From: Mucilaginibacter sp.
GTDB taxonomy: Bacteria; Bacteroidota; Bacteroidia; Sphingobacteriales; Sphingobacteriaceae
Direction of reading: 5' to 3'
DNA: 64,000 nucleotides
Assembly: GCA_028288025.1 (NCBI GenBank)
Contig: JAQBOM010000014.1
Span: 26,477 to 90,476, forward strand
The translations under genes were made by a program, and so were the position numbers. The notes under the pieces are model-generated. The model had not been told where the DNA came from. It was given only the letters and a program-made list of their open reading frames with translations, and did not search any database. Below are positions 18,260 to 28,035 of the stretch, piece by piece (the first letter of the stretch is position 1; every line of letters begins with the position of its first letter).

Positions 18260-19849
18260 TTATTCAGTTGCCGGGGCCAGTTCGATATGCTGCAGATCAA
18301 CAATTGCCGGCCCCGTTAATACTCTTCCGTTTATATCATACCTTGCACCGTGGCAGGGGCAGTCCCAGCTTTTTTCTTCCGGGTTCCAGTTAACGATGCA
18401 TTTGGCATGGGTACAAACCGGGTTAAGAGTGTGAAAATTTCCTTCATCATCCCGGTATGCAGCTACTTTTTTGCCATCTACTTCAACCACCTTACCGCTC
18501 CCGGGCGCTATTCTTTTCAGCGAGTCGGTATCTTTTATTGATAGTCTGTCCGCAACAAAATGATAAGCTACATCCGCGTTCTCTTTTACGAACTCGCTGA
18601 AACCTGCCACAGGTTTCAATCGCGACGGGCTGAATATCTTTTCGTATTTACTGCCATTGTTTAAAACCAGGTCGCTTAAAGTTTTTCCTGAAATGGTACC
18701 AAGCATCATGCCATTGCCGTTAAACCCCGTGGCGCAATACACGCCCTCGCTGGCATCAGGCATCTGGCCGATATAGGGAAAACCGTCAACAGGAATATAA
18801 TACTGCGACGACCACCTGTATTTTACAGATGACACCTGGTAATGCTTCCTGATATATTTCTCCAGGTCATCAAACGCTTTTTCCGGATCGTCGTGCCCTG
18901 TTTTATGGTCGTTTCCGCCTGCTATCAATAATTGCTGCCCATCAATATTGTGCGTACGGTAATAGTGATAAGGCTCCTGCATGTCGTAGATCAGCGCGTC
19001 GGGGTAGTTATTTCCTTTTAGCTTTACGCCCAATACATAGCTACGGTAAGGCGCGCAGCGGAAATTCAATGAGGTTAACCCCGGCGGAATATGCGTGGCA
19101 TAAATGACCTTGCGCGCCCGGATAACCAGGGGCCCGGCTTTTGCCATGTGTATTTCTTCAACATGTTCAAGACCCTCGATCTTGGTATTTTCAAGGATCA
19201 CACCTTTGGCTTTTATGAATTCCTTAGCCAGGGCAGTAACATACTTTATCGGGTGAAACTGTGCCTGTCCTTCCAGTACGACTGCCTTTTTGTAAGTCAG
19301 CGGGGTAGGGACACCTTCGGTGTAGCTAATATCCACACCTGCCTTTTTTGTTCCTTCGTACAGTTCATCCAATTCCTTTACTTCATCATCATTTTCGGCA
19401 AAAACGTAACCTTTTTTCGGCTCAAAGTCACAGTCGATCTTGTAGGTTTTTATATTTTCCTCAATAATGCTTTTACCCTCGTTAATGGCATCTTTAAACA
19501 GTTGGGCGCCTTCTTCGCCGAAAGCGCTTTCGGCTTCAGCATAGGTTGTGTCGGCAAAGGTATTGATATGCGCGCTGGTGCCGCCGGTTGTGCCAAAACC
19601 AACGGTGTGCGCCTCAACTACCAGGCATTTTCTGCCTGCTTTTTGAAGCAGCAGGGCAGTAGTCACACCGGTAATTCCAGCCCCGATAATCAATGCATCA
19701 TACGTTTCAGTGGTTACATTGGCTGAATTTAACGACACCGGCGATTCATTTAGCCAGGGGCTTTGTAAGTCGCCATCCCGGGGTGCCGCGACAGGCTTTC
19801 CCGAAGTCGAACTTGATTTCTTACTATCTGCTGTTTTTATACTTTTCAT
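18260..19849 (-). CDS. FAD-dependent oxidoreductase with C-terminal Rieske [2Fe-2S] domain
   Basis: 529 aa. LIIGAGITGVTTALLL (GxGxxG) near the N-terminus; CTHAKC...CPCHGARY (CxH...CxxH Rieske motif) at the C-terminus. Confidence 0.85.
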   Translation of the reverse strand: MKSIKTADSKKSSSTSGKPVAAPRDGDLQSPWLNESPVSLNSANVTTETYDALIIGAGITGVTTALLLQKAGRKCLVVEAHTVGFGTTGGTSAHINTFADTTYAEAESAFGEEGAQLFKDAINEGKSIIEENIKTYKIDCDFEPKKGYVFAENDDEVKELDELYEGTKKAGVDISYTEGVPTPLTYKKAVVLEGQAQFHPIKYVTALAKEFIKAKGVILENTKIEGLEHVEEIHMAKAGPLVIRARKVIYATHIPPGLTSLNFRCAPYRSYVLGVKLKGNNYPDALIYDMQEPYHYYRTHNIDGQQLLIAGGNDHKTGHDDPEKAFDDLEKYIRKHYQVSSVKYRWSSQYYIPVDGFPYIGQMPDASEGVYCATGFNGNGMMLGTISGKTLSDLVLNNGSKYEKIFSPSRLKPVAGFSEFVKENADVAYHFVADRLSIKDTDSLKRIAPGSGKVVEVDGKKVAAYRDDEGNFHTLNPVCTHAKCIVNWNPEEKSWDCPCHGARYDINGRVLTGPAIVDLQHIELAPATE

Positions 19850-19949
19850 AGAATAGGATATAGACTCTATACAAAAATCCGGTGATCCTGTTTTGCAAAA
19901 TGTGTTTTATGATACAGCCTTTTTTATAGTGTTCGCTTTTGGTAAGTAC

Positions 19950-20042
19950 GAACATCGCGAACTGTCGCGAACGACCCCGAACACCCGCGAACACGCCATG
20001 AACATGTCGCGAACGCACCCGAACACCCGCAAACACGCCACC
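19950..20042. repeat. Array of nine ~10-bp phased GAACnnnCGC units in a divergent promoter region
   Basis: Unit starts are at 19950, 19959, 19969, 19979, 19989, 20000, 20011, 20021 and 20031 (spacing 9-11 nt). A ~31-nt block at 19969-19999 recurs at 20011-20042. Confidence 0.8.
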
Positions 20043-20277
20043 TATATAAAATAATATTGAGTGATCATATTGGACTAACATGGTTCACGCACATTATCTT
20101 TATACAACAAAATTAAGGCAATCCCAAATTAGCAATCTAACAATATAACAATACGATGTTTTACCGCAGGATTTAGTTTGATCGGGAGGATAGGGAAAAT
20201 GGAGATTGAATCTATAGAACGTCAATCTTCTATTTTTTTATTAAATTACCCCCAACTTAAACCAAACTGCACATCAG

Positions 20278-22482
20278 GTGAAAAAACACTATCTACTGCT
20301 CATCACATTGATCTTTAGTGGTTCATGGGTGTTTGCGCAGCAAAACTGGCCCTCTGTTATTGAGATCAAGGCCGACACCGCGATCAGCCAAAATATCGAT
20401 GATAAATACTGGCAGCTGCTGGAAGACCCATCCGGAAAATTAACCATTAACCAGGTGAGCAGCCCGGCTTACAACGCAAAATTTCATATCAATGCAACAC
20501 GTACGAAAGGGTACGACTATCATATCGACACCTATTGGCTGCGGTATCGTTTCAAAAACATACTTAACCGCCCTGTAAAGCTCACTGTCCGTGAAAATGT
20601 CGCATACGCATGGATATATATTTCGCAGCCAAACAATAAATGGAAGGTGCAAACAACCGGCGAATTTGTGCCATGGAGCAAGCGCGATGGATTGAAACGT
20701 ATAAAGCAACTTGTGGTTGAACTAAGTGCGGGACAGGAAATTACGATATATGAACGCGATATTTTTGATTTCAGAAACTATAAACCCCAGTTTTTCCAAT
20801 TTAGCATTGGTTTCGCCAATCCGGTAATTAATAAATCATACGTAGATAACGACAGCGACTATTACGCCACAATTATTTATTCGGTAGTAATGGGCGTACT
20901 GCTGCTTGCTGCCTTAACCAATTTGTTGTTTTTTAGAATTGTACGCGAAAAGGTTTACTTGTATTTAGCCTTTTTTGAATTGTTTTTCGGTTTATATTAT
21001 TTTACAAACAGCACCGAAAATATAATTCTTCGAGAACATCGATATCTGAACTTCTATGTACCTATTGTAATTCTGATCGTTGCATTTTTTTCGATGATGC
21101 ATTTCATCCGGCATTTTTTATCAACGAATATTCATACGCCGAGATGGGATAAAGTGATGGTCGGCTTGAGTTATCTGCAGATATTGGCTTGGCTTGCTAT
21201 TTTATTGCCTTCATACTGGAGCTACCATACGTATGTAGTGATAAACCTGGTTACCAGTGTAATAATATATACTTATATGTCCTTTGTTCTTGGCACTCTG
21301 CTGTTTTATATCCCCGGGAGCAAGGGATACATACGGACAGGCATTTTTGCTGCATTGCCGTGTTTGTTCGTTTGGGGCGTTGGTTACTTCTTTTTGTTTA
21401 TAAGTAGCGAATTGAACGATCTGTATAAGGTCCCTTTTACAAAAGCTTTCCTATGGTTTCATTCATGGAGTAATGTCATCATGCTGATTTGCTTTTTTTG
21501 GCTGGTTGCCGTGTTTTCGCGCATTTTGTTCAGGCGTTTCCGGGACCTGCAGCAAATGGTTTTGCAGTCCTCCCTGGATAAAGAACGCTTAGCCAAAGAA
21601 AAAGAGATCGAGCGCAGCCAGCTCATCGAACAGCAAAATGCCGAACTGGAGCGGCAGGTGGAGGCACGTACCGCACAGCTGAAAAAATCAATCGACGAAT
21701 TAAAAACCACCCAGCAGCAACTGGTTCAATCCGAAAAGCTGGCTTCGCTGGGCGAGTTAACAGCGGGCATAGCCCACGAGATACAAAACCCACTCAACTT
21801 TGTAAATAATTTCTCAGAAGTGAGTGTTGAGCTTACATCTGAACTTAAAGAAGAATTAAAGAACGGGAACACCAAAGAAGCTGCCGTTTTAGCGGATGAC
21901 ATTGAACATAACCTCGAAAAGATCATTCACCATGGTAAACGCGCGGACGGTATTGTGAAGAATATGCTGCAGCATTCGCGCAACAACTCCGGCGAGAAAA
22001 AGCTTACAGACGTAAATGCCCTTGCAGACGAATACATGCGGCTGAGTTACCATGGCCTGCGTGCGAAAGATAAATCCTTTAATTCGGCAATGGAAACCCA
22101 TCTGAACAGCGACTTGCCCCAAGTAAATGTAGTACCACAGGACATCGGAAGGGTATTGCTGAATTTGTTCAACAACGCATTTTACACGGTTCATCAAAAA
22201 AAGAAACAGCACCCTGAAGGATATTTTCCCCTAGTGACATTAACCACATCAAAGAAAGATAGCTTTATTGAGATTGCGGTAACCGACAATGGAAATGGCA
22301 TCCCCGAAAGTATAAAGGATAAAATTATGCAGCCGTTCTTTACCACCAAACCTACCGGGGAGGGAACGGGCTTGGGGTTATCATTGAGCTACGATATTGT
22401 GGTAAAAGGGCATGGTGGAAGCATATCTGCTGGCAGTACAGAAGGTCAAGGTTCAGAATTTATAATTAAATTACCGCTTTAA
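20278..22482 (+). CDS. Sensor histidine kinase with 7TM-DISM-type extracellular + 7TM sensor module
   Basis: 734 aa. It has a signal peptide, a ~190-aa extracellular domain and about 7 TM helices, followed by a coiled coil. Kinase motifs are the H-box [18 protein letters not shown]-box LLNLFNNAFY, and DNGNGIP / GTGLGLS. The start codon is GTG. Confidence 0.85.
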   Translation: MKKHYLLLITLIFSGSWVFAQQNWPSVIEIKADTAISQNIDDKYWQLLEDPSGKLTINQVSSPAYNAKFHINATRTKGYDYHIDTYWLRYRFKNILNRPVKLTVRENVAYAWIYISQPNNKWKVQTTGEFVPWSKRDGLKRIKQLVVELSAGQEITIYERDIFDFRNYKPQFFQFSIGFANPVINKSYVDNDSDYYATIIYSVVMGVLLLAALTNLLFFRIVREKVYLYLAFFELFFGLYYFTNSTENIILREHRYLNFYVPIVILIVAFFSMMHFIRHFLSTNIHTPRWDKVMVGLSYLQILAWLAILLPSYWSYHTYVVINLVTSVIIYTYMSFVLGTLLFYIPGSKGYIRTGIFAALPCLFVWGVGYFFLFISSELNDLYKVPFTKAFLWFHSWSNVIMLICFFWLVAVFSRILFRRFRDLQQMVLQSSLDKERLAKEKEIERSQLIEQQNAELERQVEARTAQLKKSIDELKTTQQQLVQSEKLASLGELTAGIAHEIQNPLNFVNNFSEVSVELTSELKEELKNGNTKEAAVLADDIEHNLEKIIHHGKRADGIVKNMLQHSRNNSGEKKLTDVNALADEYMRLSYHGLRAKDKSFNSAMETHLNSDLPQVNVVPQDIGRVLLNLFNNAFYTVHQKKKQHPEGYFPLVTLTTSKKDSFIEIAVTDNGNGIPESIKDKIMQPFFTTKPTGEGTGLGLSLSYDIVVKGHGGSISAGSTEGQGSEFIIKLPL

Positions 22483-22484
22483 TT

Positions 22485-24473
22485 GTGTTTATGAGGAGTT
22501 CGTTGTTTGTTTTTTTCCTGGTACTATTCATAAACCCGGTTTGGGCGCAAAAAATAAATGTTGACAGCTTAACCCAGGTAGCGCTATCGAGAGCCGGTAG
22601 CGCCCGATCAAGCAGCACAATTAACCGGGATAGCTTATTCAGGCTTTTGCCTTCAACCAAATCTCCGGCAGGACGGATAAAAATAATTTACGACATACTT
22701 TATAATTATGGTTCATTAAATCCAAACCAGTCTTTAATATACCACAAAAAGATTTTAAGCTTTGCTCAAAATACTCACGATCATGTATGTGAGGCAGTAA
22801 TTACAGCTGAATTAGGTTTTTTAATCGTCCAGGGCGGCGATTATGTGGAGGGTAACAAAACCATTTTTAAAGCTTTAAAAATGGCTGAAGAAACAGGCAA
22901 CAGCGAAGCAATCGGCATTGTTTATAATAATTTAGGGGTTTGTGGCACAAATATTAGTTTGAATAAGATTTATTTTCAAAAAGGGCTGTGGTTTTCAGAT
23001 GCGGGGCAGGATTATGTTTTTGCATGTTACGACTTAGGAGGGTTAAGTTATACATATTCACGTCTGCATCAGCCTGATTCCGCGAAATTCTTCATGTTAA
23101 AGGCTTATGATCTTGCTGTCAGAAAAAAAATAGATCAGTTGATGCCAAGTTTGTTGGTCGGTATTGCAGATTTTGTGAAAGATAAAGGGCGCCGGCTTCA
23201 AATTTATCAACAGGCGCTCAATATGCCTGCAACCCGGAATAATGCGGAAATTATGGGGGGGCTGTTGTGTTATCTTTCTTATTTTTATTTCAAAGAAGAA
23301 AAAAGGGATTCTGCTTTATATTACGCGAAGCGGGCATACGAGAATTCAAGGGATCAATTTTATATACACCGAATTGACGCAGTCGACTTGTTGTCCAAAA
23401 TATATCGTAAACTCAATTCGGATAGCGCCCTAAAATATACGCTACAGTATAATGTTATAAAAGACAGCACGTTAAATTTTAAAAAAATTGAGCAATCACA
23501 ATCACTGGCCTTTGCAAACCAGCAGCGGCAACAAACATTAGAGCAGGAGAAGGCTGCATATAAAAATAACCTGCGCTTTTATATGCTTTTATGTGTGATA
23601 ATGTTCCTGTTGGTAATTGCTTTCATTTTCTGGCGCAATAACAAACAAAACAAACTGGCAAAGGCGCAGATACAACACACGCTCGACGAGCTTAAACTAA
23701 CCCAGCAGCAACTCATCCAGTCCGAAAAAATGGCTTCATTAGGGGAGCTTACGGCCGGCATAGCCCACGAGATACAGAACCCACTGAACTTTGTAAACAA
23801 CTTTGCCGAGGTAAATATTGAGTTACTTGATGAAATGGAAACGGAGTTAAAATCGGGCGACAAAGAAGAAGCTTTAGCTATTGCATCCGACGTTAAACAG
23901 AATTTGGAAAAAATTCGTCACCATGGTCAGCGAGCCGACGGCATTGTAAAAGGCATGCTGCAGCATAGCCGCGCCAGTAGCAATACAAAAGAGCCAACCG
24001 ACGTAAATAAATTGGCCGATGAGTATTTACGCCTGGCTTACCATGGCTTAAGGGCAAAGGATAAAAACTTTAATGCCGAACTGGAAACTAATTTTGACCC
24101 TAAATTGCAACCGGTGAACTTAGTCCCGCAGGATATTGGCAGGGTGTTGCTGAACTTGTTCACTAACGCTTTTTATGCTACCGAACAAAGGAAAAAACTT
24201 GCAGCGGGAAATTATAGCCCGGTTGTTAAAGTAAGTACCGCCAAAATCGGGGATAACCTCGAAATAAAAGTTAGGGATAACGGGAATGGCATCCCTGAAG
24301 ACATAAGAGATAAGATCATGCAACCGTTTTTTACGACCAAACCAACCGGGGAAGGCACCGGGTTAGGCTTGTCGATGAGCTATGATATTGTGGTAAAGGG
24401 GCATGGCGGCAGCATACAGATTGAATCAAATGAAAACGAATACACCGAGTTTATTATCCTGATACCCATATAG
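22485..24473 (+). CDS. Sensor histidine kinase with TPR-like periplasmic/sensor region (paralogue of the preceding kinase core)
   Basis: 662 aa; the alternative start is ATG 22491. It has helical-repeat N-terminal region and a single TM. Its kinase core is nearly the same as the upstream kinase ([24 protein letters not shown]). Confidence 0.85.
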   Translation: MFMRSSLFVFFLVLFINPVWAQKINVDSLTQVALSRAGSARSSSTINRDSLFRLLPSTKSPAGRIKIIYDILYNYGSLNPNQSLIYHKKILSFAQNTHDHVCEAVITAELGFLIVQGGDYVEGNKTIFKALKMAEETGNSEAIGIVYNNLGVCGTNISLNKIYFQKGLWFSDAGQDYVFACYDLGGLSYTYSRLHQPDSAKFFMLKAYDLAVRKKIDQLMPSLLVGIADFVKDKGRRLQIYQQALNMPATRNNAEIMGGLLCYLSYFYFKEEKRDSALYYAKRAYENSRDQFYIHRIDAVDLLSKIYRKLNSDSALKYTLQYNVIKDSTLNFKKIEQSQSLAFANQQRQQTLEQEKAAYKNNLRFYMLLCVIMFLLVIAFIFWRNNKQNKLAKAQIQHTLDELKLTQQQLIQSEKMASLGELTAGIAHEIQNPLNFVNNFAEVNIELLDEMETELKSGDKEEALAIASDVKQNLEKIRHHGQRADGIVKGMLQHSRASSNTKEPTDVNKLADEYLRLAYHGLRAKDKNFNAELETNFDPKLQPVNLVPQDIGRVLLNLFTNAFYATEQRKKLAAGNYSPVVKVSTAKIGDNLEIKVRDNGNGIPEDIRDKIMQPFFTTKPTGEGTGLGLSMSYDIVVKGHGGSIQIESNENEYTEFIILIPI

Positions 24474-24502
24474 TTTAACTAAAAATATATAAATTGACCA
24501 CC

Positions 24503-24880
24503 ATGAAAATTTTAGTAGTTGATGATGAGGCTGACATCCAACCATTATTTATACAGCGTTTTCGCCAGGAGATAAAACACGGCGATTTTGACTTTTCCTT
24601 TGCCCTCTCGGGAGAGGAGGCTCTCGTTTATCTTGAAGAAAATCATTCGGAAGTGGTGCTTATATTATCTGACATTAATATGCCTGGTATGACTGGTATT
24701 GAGCTGTTGTCGCGTATCAGGCATGCTTACGCGGAGCCGCCTCCGGTGGTGATGATGATAACTGCGTATGGTGATGAGGAAAACCGTAACCAGGCAATGC
24801 AAAACGGTGCAGATGAATTTTTAACCAAACCATTGGATTTCAATTTATTAAAAGAAAAACTTAAAACCTTTTTACACTAA
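24503..24880 (+). CDS. Single-domain response regulator
   Basis: Track ORF 24494..24880; the likely start is ATG 24503 (MKILVVDDEADIQ...). Receiver motifs LSDINMPGMTG and ...TKP. Confidence 0.85.
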   Translation: MKILVVDDEADIQPLFIQRFRQEIKHGDFDFSFALSGEEALVYLEENHSEVVLILSDINMPGMTGIELLSRIRHAYAEPPPVVMMITAYGDEENRNQAMQNGADEFLTKPLDFNLLKEKLKTFLH

Positions 24881-24884
24881 ACTG

Positions 24885-25928
24885 ATGGCTAAAATTTTAG
24901 TAGTTGACGACGAGGCAGATTTGGAGCTGCTGGTCAAGCAAAAGTTCAGGCGCAAAATAAGGGAGAATGTGTACGAGTTTATTTTTGCTCAAAATGGCGA
25001 GGATGCACTGGAAAAATTGATTGAAAATCCGGATGTGGATGTATTGCTGAGCGATATTAACATGCCGGTTATGGATGGTTTAACTTTGCTAACCCGGCTG
25101 GCCGAATCGAACCCGATACTAAAGGCGGTTATGGTTTCCGCCTATGGCGATATGCAAAATATCCGAACGGCCATGAACCGCGGCGCTTTTGATTTTGTTT
25201 GCAAGCCGGTTGATTTTGAGGACCTTGATGTAACTATTGAAAAAACTTTACAGCACGTGCTGCAGGTACGGTCGACGTTAGAGGCGATCAAGGAGAACAA
25301 CATACTGAAAATGTATGTTGATGAAAACGTGCTGAATTTTATGACCAGCAAGGAATTTGAAAAAAGCCTGCTTGAAAATGAGACGGTAGAGGCGACGGTT
25401 ATGTTTATTGACATCTGCGGATTTACAGCTATTACCGAAAACGTGCCGGCTAATGTGGTTGTAAATATCATTAACCGTTTGTTCGATAAAATAGTGCAGG
25501 AGGTTATTTCACAAAAAGGCCATGTCGACAAATTTATGGGCGATGCAGTGATGGCTGTTTTCAGGGGTAAATTTCACTTAGACAGGGCTATCGACGCCGC
25601 GCTTGCTATAAGGGAACAGCTCAAGTCAGTTGAAGAGATCGTTTCCGGAAAAAAGGTTTTCAAGCCGGAAGTATCTATTGGGATCAATACGGGCGAAATG
25701 GTTTCCGGGAATATTGGCTCCGCTTCATTAAAGCGGCTTGATTATACTGTTATTGGCGATGCCGTAAACTTAGCCCAGCGTTTGCAGTCGACTGCTAAAG
25801 CAGGCCAGATCATTATAACGGAAGAAGTATATCACATGGCTAAAGAATCTTTTAAATGCGAGAAAATAGGGGAGGTTAACTTAAAAAATAAAGCCAAACC
25901 GATTGTGATTTACGAGGTAATGGAATAA
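24885..25928 (+). CDS. Response-regulator receiver fused to class III adenylate/guanylate cyclase
   Basis: 347 aa. Receiver motif (VVDDE...SDINMPVMDG...KP), then ATVMFIDICGFTAITE, FMGDAVMAVF and DYTVIGDAVNLAQRL cyclase motifs. Confidence 0.85.
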   Translation: MAKILVVDDEADLELLVKQKFRRKIRENVYEFIFAQNGEDALEKLIENPDVDVLLSDINMPVMDGLTLLTRLAESNPILKAVMVSAYGDMQNIRTAMNRGAFDFVCKPVDFEDLDVTIEKTLQHVLQVRSTLEAIKENNILKMYVDENVLNFMTSKEFEKSLLENETVEATVMFIDICGFTAITENVPANVVVNIINRLFDKIVQEVISQKGHVDKFMGDAVMAVFRGKFHLDRAIDAALAIREQLKSVEEIVSGKKVFKPEVSIGINTGEMVSGNIGSASLKRLDYTVIGDAVNLAQRLQSTAKAGQIIITEEVYHMAKESFKCEKIGEVNLKNKAKPIVIYEVME

Positions 25929-25950
25929 GCGCTTAATTGCGCATCAATTA

Positions 25951-26823
25951 TCAGGAATGCCTGGCCCGGCGCTTAAGTACCCCGCCTGCAGCTTCCTTAA
26001 TTGAACTGGTGAATATAAAAGCCTTTTCATCAATTTCGTGTACCATATTGCGCAGTCGCCTAACTTCTAACCGCGTAACAACTGTAAATATAATATCAAC
26101 CGGCTGGCTAACTTCAAAGCTGTCCTTTAAAAACCCGCGCTCACCTTTGTATACGGTAATCCCTCTCCCTAAATCCATCACCAGCCGCTCCTTGATGATC
26201 TCATTTTGACCGGAGATAATAGTTACCCCAGTATACTCCTCCAACCCTTCGATGACAAAGTTTATTGTGCGGGAAGCCGAGTAATAGGTGAGTATAGAGT
26301 ATAAAGCTGTCGGCAGCCCTAATTTAATCGCCGCGACCAGAAAAATAACGATATTAATACCAAGTATTATCTCACTGATAGTAAAACTTATCCGTTTCCC
26401 GGTATATAAGGCCAATACCTCAATACCATCTAGCGCGCAGCCGCCACGTATAGCCAGGCCAACACCAATGCCCATAAAAACCCCGCCGAATATCGATACC
26501 AATAACTTATCCGAAGTTATTTGGGGGTAAGGTATAAAATGCAGGCAAAGACCGAGGCAAATAACGGCTGCAAGTGTTTTGAAAGCAAAGGCCCGGTTAA
26601 CCTGGAAAGCACCTGCTATGATAAAAGGGACGTTAACAAGAACGATAACGTACGCAATGTTAAATTTATAAAGCTCGTGTATAAGTAACGAGATACCTGT
26701 AACCCCGCCATCGAAAAATTGGTTAGGGACAAGGAAACTTTTGAGCGCAAATCCGCTGAAAAGCACACCTAATACGGTATAAATAGTATCACTTAACCAT
26801 ACTGGCATTACGGTTTTTTTCAT
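25951..26823 (-). CDS. YitT-family membrane protein (with C-terminal DUF2179-like domain)
   Basis: 290 aa. It has about 5 TM helices with FFDGGVTGISLL, and a soluble C-terminal GVTIISGQNE...ITVYKGERGF...FTVVTRLEVRRL. Confidence 0.8.
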   Translation of the reverse strand: MKKTVMPVWLSDTIYTVLGVLFSGFALKSFLVPNQFFDGGVTGISLLIHELYKFNIAYVIVLVNVPFIIAGAFQVNRAFAFKTLAAVICLGLCLHFIPYPQITSDKLLVSIFGGVFMGIGVGLAIRGGCALDGIEVLALYTGKRISFTISEIILGINIVIFLVAAIKLGLPTALYSILTYYSASRTINFVIEGLEEYTGVTIISGQNEIIKERLVMDLGRGITVYKGERGFLKDSFEVSQPVDIIFTVVTRLEVRRLRNMVHEIDEKAFIFTSSIKEAAGGVLKRRARHS

Positions 26824-26835
26824 TGCTGCCTTAAT

Positions 26836-27411
26836 TTATAGTTTCGCTTTGATCAATTTTAAATTTTTATCTTTTTTAGCTTCGCGGAGCGCCCGGGATG
26901 TGTTTGTAAAATAGCGGTGATTTTCCATAAATGCCACCTGGATCTGATTCCACTCCCGGTAAGAAGATACTACGCCAAGCAACGATAGCTCTGAAAATAG
27001 TTTATCGCTGATGAACTCAAAATCATCCCGTCCAAGATAGTCTAAATCTGCATCACTTAAAATTTCCCCGGTATGATTTTTGGGTTGCTGGGGTATTTTA
27101 GTCGCCATAATGATAGCGCACACCTGGTTAATTTCATCCGGCTTATAACCAAAATCGGGCAATATTTCGTGCGCCAGCCTGCACGATACGTCTTCGTGAC
27201 CTATTGTGCACTCCAAAAAACCGGTGTCATGAAAGCAGGCTGCGGTAAACAGTAATTTTTTTTCATGATCTGCGATCTTTTCCAGCCCGGCAAGTTCTAT
27301 TGCAACCGCGTATACATCCTGTGTATGCCCAACGTTGTGATAATGGAGATAATCGGGCAGCTCTGTTTTTAACTTATTTAAAATATACGCGCACGCCCGG
27401 TCTAATTCCAT
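26836..27411 (-). CDS. HD-domain phosphohydrolase
   Basis: 191 aa. YHNVGHTQDV and ACFHDTGF (H...HD) metal-binding motifs. Confidence 0.8.
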   Translation of the reverse strand: MELDRACAYILNKLKTELPDYLHYHNVGHTQDVYAVAIELAGLEKIADHEKKLLFTAACFHDTGFLECTIGHEDVSCRLAHEILPDFGYKPDEINQVCAIIMATKIPQQPKNHTGEILSDADLDYLGRDDFEFISDKLFSELSLLGVVSSYREWNQIQVAFMENHRYFTNTSRALREAKKDKNLKLIKAKL

Positions 27412-27530
27412 TTTAAAGTTAGTTGCTGGGCCTAATATATTAAATGTTTTATAATCGCCCTTAAAAAGGTTTAGGCCTGTTAGTAATTCTTTATATGAGT
27501 ACGGTTTTTGAGATATAAACGACTTTAAAT

Positions 27531-27690
27531 AAAAAAACCCTAAGGATATTCCTTAAGATCTTTTTGGTATTCTGCGCCCTGTAAGCGAAAGGTCTCCTTT
27601 GCACCATTAGCGGACTTCGTCCGCCGTAGTTCGCTTCGGCGAGCGAAGGCGGAGAGAAAGGGAACAACTGCGAATAAGTTGTGTGCTCTA
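27531..27690 (-). ncRNA. Candidate small structured RNA (three hairpins + intrinsic-terminator-like hairpin); strand and existence uncertain
   Basis: Hairpins are at 27664-27682 (ACAACT/AGTTGT) and 27621-27652 (CCGCC...GGCGG, with nested TCGCT/AGCGA). An alternative stem lies at 27610-27624 (GCGGAC-TTC-GTCCGC) and overlaps the second hairpin. On the minus strand a TAAGGA-ATA-TCCTTA hairpin (27541-27555) is followed by U7 (A7 at 27531-27537). No ORF of 60 aa or more lies here. Confidence 0.25.
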
Positions 27691-27720
27691 AACCACCACT
27701 TTATATTTTCGAATCTCATT

Positions 27721-27741
27721 AGGTCATAGAATAGGTCACCA
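27721..27741 (+). repeat. AGGTCA direct-repeat motif, left copy (AGGTCAtagaatAGGTCAcca)
   Basis: It contains AATAGGTCACCA (27730-27741) preceded by a second AGGTCA (27721-27726). The same arrangement recurs at 53411-53430. Confidence 0.6.
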
Positions 27742-28013
27742 TCAAAATAAACTAAAAATCGCTACTGCTTATTAAGTAATATAGCAATATATTTGGAAAT
27801 TAAAATCCTATTCCGAACAAACATTTGATAGCCTGCGGCCTTGGCCTAAAAAGTCCTTTTATTGATTGAATAATGTTTTGTCAATTCCTGTAAATCCCCT
27901 TTGGAAATATTTTTATTGTATTAGTAGTTTAGATTCCCATCTGAGATTGATATATCGGTAGCACAACTAAAGGCGTAGATATGGTGTAATCATAGACTTA
28001 AATTGTCTCCCAC

Positions 28014-28035
28014 ATTCGAGTCCCTACCTCCTGCA
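28014..28035 (+). other. tRNA 3'-end-like fragment (T-loop to acceptor), no complete tRNA
   Basis: ATTCGAGTCCCTACCTCCTGCA. Its TTCGAGTCCCTA-CTC portion resembles the fragment at 53530-53557 (TTCGAATCCCTAACTC). No complementary T-stem or 5' acceptor half lies upstream. Confidence 0.3.

Noticed and set aside
19950-20042. Possible CRISPR array
   Set aside because: The units are ~10 nt and directly abutting with no spacers. No cas genes are present, so this is not a CRISPR array.
19824-20081. 85-aa minus-strand ORF with repeated VFAGVR.RSR peptide
   Set aside because: The repeat peptide is simply the translation of the 10-bp GAACnnnCGC array. The ORF overlaps the start of the oxidoreductase gene and lies in a promoter region, so it is an artefact.
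25937-26209. 90-aa plus-strand ORF
   Set aside because: It is antisense to the C-terminal soluble domain of the well-supported YitT-family gene.
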